From positions 992,001 to 1,056,000 of the forward strand of contig AP026128.1 of assembly GCA_030295235.1 (NCBI GenBank): a stretch of 64,000 bases of DNA. Reading direction: 5' to 3'. Below are positions 49,218 through 61,849 of the stretch, piece after piece. Both the position numbers and the translations under genes were made by a program. Each line of letters begins with the position of its first letter. Position 1 is the stretch's first letter. This DNA comes from Fistulifera solaris. Its lineage: Eukaryota. The notes under the pieces were generated by a model that had not been told where the DNA came from, ran no database searches, and saw nothing but the letters and a program-made list of their open reading frames with translations.

Positions 49218-52200
49218 CTCCTCTCAAGTAGATCGTTGTGAAGCGGTCAACTTGCAACAAAAGGTGTGTCATTCATTCACATCAAATTTAAGTGGTTCAC
49301 ACATGCTAATCCACTTGCACACAAGATGGTTCTTCTTCCACACTAGGAAGCTTACTTCCACCTTCACAAAAGGGGCACATCCCGGGACCTAGGTTATTTT
49401 AACCCCGATCGAAAGATATGATGCAACAAATTGCTAACAAATCGAACTCTCTTCTCTCCATGAGGTAGTTGCTTTGTCAACAAATCAGCTTCATTGTCAT
49501 GAGTATTCACATAGCACGTTCGCCACTTTCGCTGCAGCGCTACACCCTCACGAACAAAATGGTACGCAATGCTTTGTGATTTCTTTTTCAAAGTCGAATC
49601 CGGGATTGTTGCGTTAGCCAACACTGACTGATTGTCTCCTTCAATGTAACATGGCCCATCCACAGGTATTCCCATCATCACGAAGCTTGTATCTCAGTCC
49701 TCTGAGGTACTCGCAGCACTGTTTCATAGCGACAAACTCGGATCCAAAACTACTGCTTTCGACACTTGTCTGTTTCTTTGAATGCCAGCACACAAGCGCC
49801 ATATTCAAATACACAAGAAAGCCAGTTCGTGATCTCCTGGTCAGAGAGTCTGATGCGTGGTCAGCGTCAACCTTAGCTCGAATAACGAACCCAATCCCGC
49901 GTGGTTCCGGCATGTTCGCCGGTATGGTCTCCTGACCTTGAACATGACCGAATTCACTCGAGGCCCAATCTCTCTCCTGGAACTTAGCCTCGTCAACAAA
50001 GGGTACAGTCGGATCAAATACCATCTCGGCATTATGATACTTCTTGAGATAAGCAAAGATATGCAACACCTGTTCGAAATGTCCTTCACGCGGCATCGCC
50101 ATGAGCGAAGACAAAATCGAAACCTCAAGACAAATGTCGACTCTTCCAAGCTCAACAATCCACCGTAGAACCCCAATCAAAGACATGTAATACGCGGCAA
50201 GCGTTGGATCCAATTCAGGACTTACATCTAGCTCTGATCGATCACGAAGTTCGCATTGGAGTGTCTGCTTTACCGGAAGATTCCACCGATCCAATTTTCC
50301 AACGTACTTTTCAACGTTTGCGACGGCTGCTTGGACATATTGCGATGAAGAAAAGGACCACGCTTGTGTGCCGTTCTCTAACTCCACTTTTCGCACACGT
50401 CCTCCAAGATAGATCTTCGGCCGGTCCAATCGATTCTTCTTTCAATTCAAAGTACTTGCCGATCTCTTCCCTTAAAACCCGTTCAGGATTTTCGCTCACA
50501 CACAAAGTATCATCAGTGTAGAGAAGGATGTATTCGTAGTAGCTAGAGCCATCAGCCTTCTTGGCCGGTCTCATCCAAACATCCGGATCAGCTAAACATG
50601 AAGTGAAACCAAGATCCAACATGCCAGCACGCAAGTGGTTCCGGAAATCTCTCCCAGCCGATTTTCCGCCATACAAGGCGCGATGTATTAGTGCCACACG
50701 ACCAACATTCTCCAGTCCAAACTCGATTCCACAAATTACATAGTGCTTTTGCGAGGAAGGCGCCTGCAAATAGGGCGTTCGCGAATATCAGCAGCACAGA
50801 TGTCAACACCGTTAAGAGCAGCATACGTGAAAGCAATTCTGACGCTTTCCCTGGAGACAACACCAGCATAGGTAGATCCAATTGGGTCAGCAGTCTTATG
50901 CCCGTCCAGAACCCATCGAGCCTTTCGAGTAAAGTCCATCTTCACGTCAAAGACAAGATGTCCAGTTGCAGGCGTCCACCCAGGTGGTGCTTTCTTTCCT
51001 TCACCGAGGATCTCAAATGCCACTCCAACGTTGTACATCTCTTTGGCAATTGCATCTCGCCAGAAAGTGTTACCGTTTAGGTCGGTCAATTTTGTGAGCG
51101 TGCGCTACGTCCCTGGGTATCTCAATCCCGTACTTATGCGTAGTACGCCGAAGTCTCGTCTTGAGCGCGCAGGATTGCGTTCCGCTTCCGAAGAGTCATT
51201 GGTACCCACCACGAAAACGCCGGTTCATCGTCAATGCCTCTTGCAACCGCAAATTCAGCCGTTTCAACTGGGTGGGAGTCTTTTAGATCCTTGAGATGAA
51301 CCCACGACTCATTACCGTCCACGCCATCGAACAAGAAGTTTCCATCCTTGGGTCGTTTTACGCAATCGCTGGCTGTCCGCTGACGTGTGACAACACGAGC
51401 TTCACTCTTGCTTAGAGCTGTCTCCTCCTTCTTGTAGTCGACAATCCCTTCCATAAGGGACTTAGAGAATCCATCGTCGTCACATTGAGCAATCATGTTC
51501 TGAGCAATCAGGTTGGCGGAGTATTCACGAACAACACCGTCCAGCAAACTCAACGTCGTAAACAACAGTGTTCATTGTCGGGTTATCACTGTAGGTTCCA
51601 ATCGTTCGCCCGTCGTCACCAATCGTTCGTCCCACTACCCTGGCCGTTTCCACTTCACCGCCATCCTTTTGAAGCTGTACTTCAGCATTGATGATGCGAT
51701 CGTAGGCTGGTTGCTCGTTGAGAAGCACACCATTGGAATCAACCGGCTCTTCGATGTCTGCAAATTCTCTAGGGCGTCTCGTCACCATCCTGGTACGGTT
51801 CCCACTCGTCACTGTCGTGCTCTTTGCGTCGATAATCCTTTTGTCGCACTGGTGAGTCAATTGGTGGCGGTATCATTGCCGTCCCCCATCTCCTCTCAAT
51901 GAGGCCGTCAAAATTTCTCTTCTACGCTTCTCTGTATCACTGTGGAGCTCGGCAATGGTCAGCGGCGTGCTGTCGCGACGAACGACTCGACCATTCGCTT
52001 TCAGTACCCATTGGGCCATTTCATTCCCAGCACCCTTTGCCGGTCCAAGAACGGCGTCCAAGGATCTCCTTACTGACAGGAAAGTCGTTTTTCTGATCTC
52101 GGAAGTACACCCATTCATACCACCCAAATTGACACAAGTTGCTGATATCACCTGTATCACCTGTGACAAGAGTGTAAGGGTTCTGTCCGTGCAGATTGAA

Positions 52201-55200
52201 ACGGTCCCGTGCAGTCATGTTATTGATCCGAAGCGCCGCTCCAAGCAGTAGTCCCACAGAGGCATGGGGCTATTCGCCTCCTTCATGTCTTTCCGAAAAG
52301 CTTCCTTCAACAGTCCAATATAAAGTTCAGCCTTGTTCGACCACGGAGTATTCTCCTCTAAAGCACGTAATATCAATCCAATGTCACGACAAAAGCGTCG
52401 CACTTCGAGACTCCTGGTTTGTTCGCCGGACGCGTCACAAATGAATGCATCGGGAGCTCCCACTTCCTTTGCGAATTCCTTCATCGCTTGCAAGACTTCT
52501 CCCTTCGATCTCATCGGTGCGACATGCACGAAACCCTTGTCTGACACAAACAGTTGACAACACGTGTGTCCTCGTTCAGACTTGCCTGTTTTGGACGTAG
52601 CAAAGAGGGTATCCATGTAAAAGTACTCTTTGATGTGCTTGTAGCGAAGCATGCGATCGTTCGTTCCATAGTTGCGCGCCAACTTTGGGTTGTCTTGTCT
52701 TACTGCGCGTTGATCGGTAACTTCAAGTGTCCGCTCGGCATCTTTGTGTTCAATTCGCCAAACCTTGGACAAGTGTGCTGCATCGACGCCCTGGTGCCTA
52801 ATCCCGTGGGCAGCAGAGATCATCAGCTCATCCAACTCATCGCCCGATTCGGCACGTGCAAAATACTCTTCAACTAGATCAACAGTGTCGTCTGCAATTG
52901 CGGCGACGGGAGCATCAGTTGCATCACCATCATGGTATAGATGTCGCTGAGAGGAAACAGTTGTCGCACCAATCGCCATAGAAAATTCACCGCATTCGAG
53001 ACACTCCTTCATCCTGGCTAGTAAGCTCGAACAGTCGAGTTGTGGCGAGAATGGAAGAAACCCGTGCTCTTCGCCGGCATCTTCTGTAAAAGTGAACTCT
53101 GTTTCCGACGCTGGCTCCTCTCCAGACTGCTTATAACAAACGATTCCCTATCGTTGTCTTGCACAGCCGTCATGAGATAGTGAGTCTTTGGTAGAGGCAA
53201 CACCATTTCTCCATTGCAATCCAGCATCGCCGCCTCATTTATTGCATAGCTAACGTTGTGGGGGTCCCAAACCGTCAAGCGTCAACATGTAAATATTCTC
53301 CGACTGTTGTAGTTGGAGGAGACTTGGCTTGCTAGTTGAGAAGAAAGAAAACAACCATGCAGAGAAAGTGGAATCCGTAGTCCCGTCTCCTGAAAATAGA
53401 TCGCATGATTTTCGACGGTTGGATCCACAGTCTGAATCTTTGGCGTATCATCAACAGTAACACCAGCCTCACGCATCACAAAAGGTGGTATCAAATTGTT
53501 CTCCATATTCGAACGTGAAAGTGCATTCCGAACGAGCAAAATGATTTCATCCCCACTGTAAGGACACTCGTAGAGCAAAGCTGCATCAACAAGTGAGCAC
53601 TGCATTGGTTTATAGTCCGGTGTGAACGGTGAAACATCCACAGTCTCTCCGGTCCTCGCAACCACAAATGCGTTCACCGGCGACTGGCATATTTGCATGT
53701 GTGTCCAATTCAGTTCTCGAAATCCCAGACGTTTCTTGGTCATCAACGTCCATCGCACCGGCATCCATAATGACGGCATATGATGATGCTATCAGGCCTG
53801 TCAGATAAACATTCGGTGCGGTATGTCGTCCTCGGTCCCATTTTCGACTGTTCTCCGGCTGTGGCTTCCAACTTGCTGCTTTGTCATCATTGACTAAAGC
53901 AGTCACCGCCGCCAGGCCCAGTCAATGAGTGTAGCGATGGCTCACAGGACGGCGAGGTCCAGCACGTCGGAGAGCTTCGTTCATACGTCTCACGCTGTGC
54001 AGCCTCGGGTCCTGCCGTTGCTTCCTCATTCGCTTCTTGCGTAGGTTCCTCCGGAGACTCAATCTGTGCATCCTTGACCTCGACAGACGACACGTTTCCA
54101 CCCTGAGTCGCCGAACCCGTGATCATTTGAAGAAGATTCCGCGCTTGCTGCTCCACAGCAGAGATCTGCTTGTTTCCACTTGCTTCCGTCGGCGCCGCCT
54201 GGTCGCTGGCTTTCCAAGTGTCTGTTCACCGCCTTCTCGACTGCAGCTGCTAGTGCCTTGGTCCGCTTGTCCTTCTTCTTCTGCTTCTTAGCTGGGTTCT
54301 TGAACTCGTCTGGGTTCTTGGCCCGATAGTCCCATAACTCGTTCTTTTGCTCAACGGTCAGTTTTGCATATTCCTTGTTCGTGTGGTAACGCAAGTGAAC
54401 TCCACTCGACCCGATTCCTTGTTTCGCAGTTGCTCCGGACGACTCAGCATGTACATCAGAGATGGATGCGTTATTTCTCTTGTTGGTCCCCGTCGTATTC
54501 TGGCGTTTTGCGACGGGATCCTTTGGGAGCAAATAAGCGACCGCATCTTCAAAATTGCGCCTCTTGCCTCCAGGTGCGTCATCATTCTCGATGTGGGGCG
54601 ATTGCTGCCTGCAACCCCACATCGTCACAAATGATCTTGCTCAACAGGTCGGTCACTCACAGTATAGCCATCAGGAAGCTGATGAGGTACGTGCTCGGCA
54701 GCAGCAGTCATCTGGATGTAGGCCGTGCGGTGCTGCTGGACAAAACTCTCCAACGTAAAGTTTGAATTTCCTTTCCATTCTCTACGCGCAATGATGTCCT
54801 TGTGCTTCGCAATAATGGCATCCCATTTGTCCTTTCCAGCATACTGCGCCTTGAGTGCCAAGTAAGCTCCTCTTCCGTCCAAAGTCACGTTTAAACGGGG
54901 CAATCGAGTCGTGATAAACCGTATTCCGTGTCGCCTCTTCAATCTTGAAATACACCTCCGCGTTGTCTTCCTTGAAGTTCGATCGGGAATGAGAAGAACG
55001 ATGGATCAAATCCTCCACAATAGATCCATGCTTTTTCGGTGTAAGGCTGACTTTGCTTTCGAAGCGGGGCATTCGCGCAACATCAACCGTATCCCGAATC
55101 ACGGCTGCCAAAGGCACAAACCGAGTGCCAATGCACTGATAGCAATGGTCCTTGAAAGACTCAATCCACTTGACAAAGAGACACCTTTTCCCAACTTGGG

Positions 55201-55662
55201 CGCCCCGGGTTGCTCTTTCTTCTGTTTTAAGCCTTCGTCCCACAGCTCCTGGAAGTTCTTAATAACCGGAGTATACATCATATCCTGCGCCGTAACCGCT
55301 CTTCCGATTGTATCATAGAAGTGAAGGAGCTCAATAGCCGCTTCCAATCGAATCTCGCGATTTGATGGGGAAGGAAAATGGCTCGCGGGGAATTGTCGCT
55401 CCAGCTGGCGGGCCACCAGCTAATCCTGCATTCGGATCAGGGACACGACCGGTGGGGCGTCGAAGGCTCTCTGCGATGCGCTTCACATCATCCGGCTTGA
55501 ATGATAGCAAGTCATCGAATGTAGAGATGCCATCTCTCACCAACTGCTCATGCGCGTCGACGGAATTCCCATCTGTTCTGCAGCAGTGAAGAACGCCAAG
55601 TGCTGTTGTTGTGTAACCACCATGGTCACTCGCTGTCAAAGCTAAACTGGGTCTGAATAAAC

Positions 55663-55841
55663 TGATAAAGCGTGGCGAATCGATTGAATTGCAAACAAAC
55701 AAATTTATAAAGTTAACGTCGCGTTACATCGCTGGTTCCGCGAGGGTCTTTTCAGTCTTTTCAAACCTTCGCCGTTTATGTCGGCACCCGGCTAACCCCA
55801 ATCCTTAGGATAGCCCGTGATCGACACACCACATTTTAACA
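55663..55841 (-). repeat. 5' LTR (179 bp)
   Basis: Direct repeat of 49035-49217 with a few substitutions and two small indels. Confidence 0.95.
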
Positions 55842-56588
55842 TAAGCACTAGCATAAGGCACAATAAGCTTAGCTTTGTGCGTATTCTCTACTGGTATTCT
55901 CTATAACCTCTAACCTTAGTCCTTAGTCCATAGCCTCTGAGCTCTGAGGCTTAGAGGCTTTACGCTTTACTCGGAGTATTACAAGTATCTCCTTTGCTTT
56001 ATGCCCACCGCTTACCGACACCGACCATCGAAGTCAACAATCTACACTCCTCCCCAGGACCAGGATCCAGAATCTGCTGTAAAAGGTCTTAGCCGGTCTT
56101 ACCTAGAGAAGCTAGAGATGCTCCAGGTCGGCTATCGGCTAGCAACTAGACTACGAAGTAGCATTCTTTCCCTCTCTCTCTACTCCCTATCCTATTCTAT
56201 TTAGAGAAGACCAGAGTCCAAAGCATCTCTCTCTAAGGTGAACAAGAACAAGATCGTCTCTAGCTCTTAACGATTCTATCAGCTAAACTAAAAAATGTAG
56301 ATCAAACGAATACAATTTTGAGGGGAGAGAAATAGGCTCAAAAACCTAATATCATTCTCGGCTAATACATACTGATTTATCACTTTCCTTTCGGTGAAAA
56401 AGAGAACGTTGGTAAAAAACTGCATTCAGATGGCTGGCATAGACGAGGGAGGATTCTTCCGCATGGCCGCCTTGCATCTTGTACGCATTTGCTACACAAG
56501 GATAAGCTTGAATGAAAGGGCAACCGCTTTACTTTACACTTTTGCGATTAGATCGTTATGGACATTATGATTATGAATTAGTAAACTT

Positions 56589-58749
56589 CTAGATGACAGG
56601 TGCTAGCTCGACCCAGTTTAAATTCCATCCTCCGGCCAAAGCACGAATCACTAGCTCATATTCGCCTTGGGGTAGTTGCACGGTTTCTTCGATGGTGGTG
56701 AAATTCTGCCAGCTACCCGTTATTGGGGGGACTTTGAGGGCTTCCAGCTTTGGTTCCCCCAACTTGATTGAGTTCAACTTGAAAGGCTCCACCGCCTCCT
56801 AAACTGGCCACGCGATAACGTGCTTGATATGTTCCAGACTTGGCGACGTTGATCTTGTACGTCAACCAACCTGACGATTCCAGCCAAAACACATTCAGCC
56901 CTCCGCCGATATCCTCTGTGATCTCATTCGTTGCATTCGAGACGCTGCATGCATCTTCCGCTTCAATGCGCGTCCTGCTTTGAACTGCTATCGATACTGC
57001 ACTGGTGCAATTAGTGGAACGTCCAGTAAGAGATTTCATGGTCTGATGGTTGGGAAATGCGTTCTCCAGACGTGTAGATTTCGAGACTTGCAACATGACT
57101 TGGAATGAAAAGTCTGGATCCGGCTTTGTGGAGTTATCATTTTTCCAGTGATCAAGCAGAGCTTCGTATCCTCTGGGTGGATATATCGAAAATGAAGAAG
57201 ATGTCGATTGAAGCTTCTTAATCGTCCACCAGTGCCACGGGATTTGATTAACTTCTAGTAATTTGACGGCGGTCTTGTACCAGTTGTTGTCATTTTCTCC
57301 TGATTCGCCCATCCATAAAGGGATATTATATTTGTCTCTAAAGTCGATATACTCTTGCAACGACTCGAGCGTATTGTCGATCCAATATCTATGGAAACTG
57401 AGAACAACGTTATCATCTTCTAATGGCCACAGACCATTGTGATTGTTACCCCAGCAGTTTCCTTCAATATAAATAGCATGATTTCGGTCTACTTTGCGAA
57501 TGGCTACTATTGCTTGCTCATAGAAAGATCGCAGTGGTAAATTGTATTTGTCGGTGCAGCCATTCGTGTTCGTTGACTCGTGAAAGTTCCAAGTTGGTAC
57601 ATTCAAGAACTTGAATGTGTTGGTCGACAGGGTGTTCGCTGTTTCAAATTGCCAATTCGGCTCGTTCAATAAGTCGTAGCCAGCAACCCACGTTGCGTTG
57701 GCGTATCGCTCCGCCAGGCGTTGCCATAAAGCAATAGTTTTTCGTACATTTTCTTCATCTTCCCACAAGCTCGGCTTTGAACTGTCGTAGTCCGAAATTT
57801 TGGAATCTGTACCTTGTCCACCTGGTGCTGCATGCAGAACCGGTATGGCGTATATTTCCTCCGCTGTGCACCATTGAATCACTTGATCCAGTCGATCAAA
57901 CCCATCTTGTATCCATGTATCTTTTTCGACCACTGGTTCTTTCTCGATCGGTAGCGTGAACAAATTGTAATGTAAAGGTACTCGTATAGAATTGAAGCCT
58001 GCCTGTTTGATCGCTTGAACGTCTTCCAGTGTGAAGAAATTATCGAGCCATTCTTTTCGGTACGTGGCTAGATTTTCCTCACCAATCAAATCCGCAAGTT
58101 GTTCGAACATTTGCCATTGTGCAACGGCCGGTTCAGCCAGCATCATGTACGGCTCTTGCAGCATCCAGTTTCCTATACCCATGCCCCGAAAGCGAAGTGG
58201 ACGGCCGTCGGGGTCAACAATGTGTTTTCCGGCTGCTCGGACGTATCCGGTTGGTGGCGCTCGAAGCGAAAGGTTGGAGCTTCTTTTTAGTTCAATCCAC
58301 GCTAGATTCCATCCTCCGCTCTTGACACTAACAATGAGCGCTTTTGTACCGGCCTCTATCTCTACTTGCTCCTGTATGGTTACCCACGATTGCCACCCAT
58401 CGGTTTTCGGCAAAGACTCCACTTTCGATAATAATTGTGATTCGGTCGACAATTCGAACGCGCCGCCATCCACGGATGCAATTCGATAACTAGCAATATA
58501 GGTACCTCCAACTTCTACATCCACTTCCCAACTTAACCAATCTCCCTCATCGAAGAAGCCCGCATTAAACCCTTGTCGTTCCGTCGATTCTTCCACATTC
58601 ACTCCGTGACTTCGGCAGTACCGACTGGCATCGATCCGTACACGATCGAGCTCTTTGTTGAGCTGATAGATCTCACATTGTGGTTCTGAAACTCCGGCTT
58701 GTGTTGTTAACCATCGCAGGCCGCTTCCTATTATTATTTCTTGGTCCAT
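56589..58749 (-). CDS. Modular GH5 glucanase paralog: CBM6-GH5-CBM6
   Basis: FRGMGIGNWMLQEPYM, YDLLNEP and WMGESGEN. Shares long identical stretches with the 45195 gene (DRNHAIYIEGNCWGNNHNGLWP). Frameshift near 56770. Confidence 0.9.
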
Positions 58750-59024
58750 GATGCAAATAAAAGCATCGCGACGAAAATAAAAAATTGCGTGGTCGGTCTT
58801 TTCTGCGCCGACGAAATTTCGGAAAACTCCGAAGAACGAAAAAGTCAATCTGCTTAATAGTAAAAATTGTCAATGGACATATTACTTTACACAGACCGGT
58901 ACCGGTACCAGATCCCAGATCCCAGATCTCTTCGAACTAATGACCAATGACCAATGACCAATGACCAATGACCAATGACCGCTGAACAATGACCATCACA
59001 AATCCCATTCCATTCCCTATCTGG

Positions 59025-60630
59025 GACAGTCCAGAAATTCTGGACAAGTTGTATTTCATTCCTACTCGTACAGAAAATCTGGGGCGGTCCAGAAATTCTG
59101 GACCAATTGCACTTCATTCATACAGAAAATCTGCGCCGGTCCAGAAATTCTGGACCAGTTGTATTCTCATTCATAGAGAAAATCAGGGAATTCTGGACCA
59201 GCCGTATTTCATTCATACAGAAAATCTGGGTTGGTCCAGAAATTCTGGACCAGTTGCATTTATTCATACAGAAAATCTGAGATGGTCCAGAAATTCTGGA
59301 CCAGTTGTATTTCATCCATACAGAAAATCTAGGCTGGTCCAGAAATTCTGGACCAGGTGTATTTTATTCATACAGAAAATCTGGGGTTCTCCAGAGATTC
59401 TGGACCAATTGTATTTCATTCTTACAGAAAATCTGGTATGGTCCAGAGATTCTAAACCATCTGTATTTCATTTATACAGAAAATGAAATACAACTGGTCC
59501 AGATTTTCTGGACCAGTTGTAATTCACTCGTACAAAATCTGGGCTGGTCCAGAAATTCTGGACAAGTTGCATTTCATTAATACAGAAAATCTGGTCTGGT
59601 CCAGAAATTCTGGACCGGTTGTACATTCACACAAGAACTCTGGGGCAGGCAGTCCAGAAATTCTTGAACAGTTGTATTTCATTCATACAGAAAATCTGAA
59701 AAGGTTCAGAAATTCTGGACCAGTTGTATTTCATTCATACAGCGGGGGCGGTCCAAAAATTCTGGACCATTCTGGATAAGCTATGCTTTGGGCTGGTCCA
59801 GAAATTCAGGATCAGTTGTATTTATTCATACAGAAAAGCTGCGGCGGTCCAGAAATTCTGGACCAGTTGTATTTTATTCATACAGCGGGGGCGGTCCAGA
59901 ATTCTGGACCTAGTGTATTTTCTTTACAGAAAATCTGGGCTTTCTGGCCCAGTTCTATTTCATTCATACAGAAAATCTGGGGCTGTCCAGAAATTCTAAA
60001 CCAGTTGTATTTCATTCATACAGAAAATCTGGGCTGGTCCAGAAATTCTGGACCAGTTGTATTTCATTATTACAGAGAATCTGGGCAGGTCCAGAAATTC
60101 TGGACCTGTTGAATTTCATTTATTCAGAAAATCTGGCCCGGTCCAGAAATTCTGGACCAGTTGTATTTCATTCATACAGAAAATCTGGGGAGGTCCAGAA
60201 ATTCTGGACCAGTTGTATTTCATTCATACAGAAAATCTGGTGAGCTCCATAAATTCTGGACCAGGTGTATTTCATTCATACAGAAAATATGGGGAGGTCG
60301 AGAAATTCTGGACCTGTTGAATTGCATTCATACAGAAAATCTGGGGTGGTCCAGAAATTCTGGACCAGGTGTATTTCATTCAATCAAAAAATCGGGGGTG
60401 GTCCAGAAATTCTGGACATGTTTGTATTTCATTCATACAGAAAATCTGGAGTGGTCCAAAAATTCTGGACCAGCTGTGCTTCATTCATACAGAAAATCTG
60501 GAGTGGTCCAGAGATTCTGGACCAGTTGTATTTCATTCATGCAGAAAATCTGGGGCTCTCCAGAGATTCTGGACTAGTTGTATTTTATTCATACAGAAAA
60601 TCAGGGCTGTTCCAGAAATTTCTGGACCCT
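59025..60630. repeat. Palindromic minisatellite, ~52-bp unit, ~30 copies (same family as 7735-8283)
   Basis: Same consensus and same orientation as the 7.7-kb array. Confidence 0.97.
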
Positions 60631-60787
60631 TTATTGGAGTTGTATTTTTTCATAAGGCAGAAAATTTGCGGTTTGCGACGCAAAGATCGACGCAAAGATT
60701 TTGCATTTTACGAAGAAGATCGTTCGCATAACAAAATGTAGTTGCATGAGCGTTTGATTATCTAACAAACTACAACTATTCGAGAGA

Positions 60788-61724
60788 ATGCAGCAAGAAC
60801 TGGCGCAATGGATAACCGGGAAACCCTCCAGTCTTCCGCGTATCCTAATACTCGACGGAGGAGTGAGTAGCAATCTTGGACCGGAATCCAATTTCGCGTA
60901 CCGGTCGTTATGGTCCAGTAGTTTACTGTTGTCACCCGAAGGACGGCAGAAAATACTCCAAGGTCATCTGAGTTGGAAGGCAGCGCATGTGTTGACAACT
61001 GTCACGTATCAATGTCATTACGAACAACGATTTTGGCCCGATATCATGACAAAAGAGTTGATGGATGACATGTGGAAGCAGGGATTGATCTGGCACGGCA
61101 AGCGGCGCACGATCAGTTCGTAGTCGCCAGTTCAGGTTGTTATGGTGCCGCTTTGGCGAACGGAGCGGAATATACGGGCGACTATGGCGACGCATCTTTG
61201 GATGATCTCATCCAGTTTCATCGACGCAAACTGAAACGCGTATTGCAGCTTCAACCGGATGGTCTGGCCTTGGAAACGATTCCTAATTTAAAAGAATGTC
61301 AGGCTATTGCCCAGCTTCTTCCTGAGATCAGTTCCATGCCCTGTTGGTTTCTTTGGCTTGTCGGAACGGCCGTGAGTTAAATGATGGGACGCCCGTCTCG
61401 CAAGCAATCCATGTACTGAAAGATGCCCCGGCAATAGGATTCAATTGTTGTAATAGTGACTATCTCTCTGAGCTTATCACTTTCGTACCGGAAAACAAAA
61501 CTGTTGTTTTGTATCCCAACAGCGGAGAGGAGTGGGATGCTTCCCATCAGACCTGGGAAAAGCTTTCGGGAAATGTCGACAATGTTCCAGACAAATTGCT
61601 GGAGTGTATTGAGAATTTACCTGCAACAACACGAATACTGGTAGGCGGATGCTGTCGGACAACACCTGCAGTTATTCAAGATGTGCGGAATCGCGTCGAC
61701 GAGTTTTTGAACAAAAAAGCATAA
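60788..61724 (+). CDS. HMT: Homocysteine S-methyltransferase
   Basis: ILDGG, LWSS, GCYGAALANGAEYTGDY, ALETIP, GFNC, YPNSGEEWD and GGCCRTTP. Two frameshifts (~61075, ~61345). Confidence 0.92.
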
Positions 61725-61849
61725 CAGAGTATCTCCTTCTTTTCCAAGAAGCATTGCTGATTTGTAATAAGGAACTCAAACATCCAATTTAACCCAATGT
61801 TTGTAGAGCTTTTTCAATGCTTTGTCTGAAAATTTATCATTATGTTTCA

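Larger units (their letters stand above)
49035..55841 (-). mobile_element. Full-length Ty1/copia LTR retrotransposon (CoDi-like)
   Basis: TG..CA LTRs at 49035-49217 and 55663-55841, TAAG on both flanks and PPT GAGAGGAG. Order is gag, PR (ELDTHAN), INT, RT (KARWV, ALYGGKSAGR, LLYTDD), RH (DADHA, SSFGSEF, ADLLTK). Many frameshifts. Confidence 0.96.

Noticed and set aside
45195..58749. Bacterial contamination explaining the GH5-CBM6 genes
   Set aside because: The genes are interleaved with a eukaryotic LTR element and flanked by an intron-containing gene and host minisatellites.
58941..58980. TGACCAA repeat as an interstitial telomere
   Set aside because: Does not match TTAGGG-type repeats. 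It is one of many unrelated 7-mers.
59025..60630. CRISPR-like array (palindromic repeat at regular spacing; also 7735-8283)
   Set aside because: Intervening sequences are themselves repeated rather than unique spacers. No cas genes, and the context is eukaryotic.
13131..61724. Frameshifts in GAA1, kinase, ATPase, GH5s, HMT and others as pseudogenisation or programmed frameshifting
   Set aside because: Isolated single-base indels in otherwise conserved genes throughout the window, often in short homopolymers. Best explained by unpolished assembly, though read data are needed to confirm.
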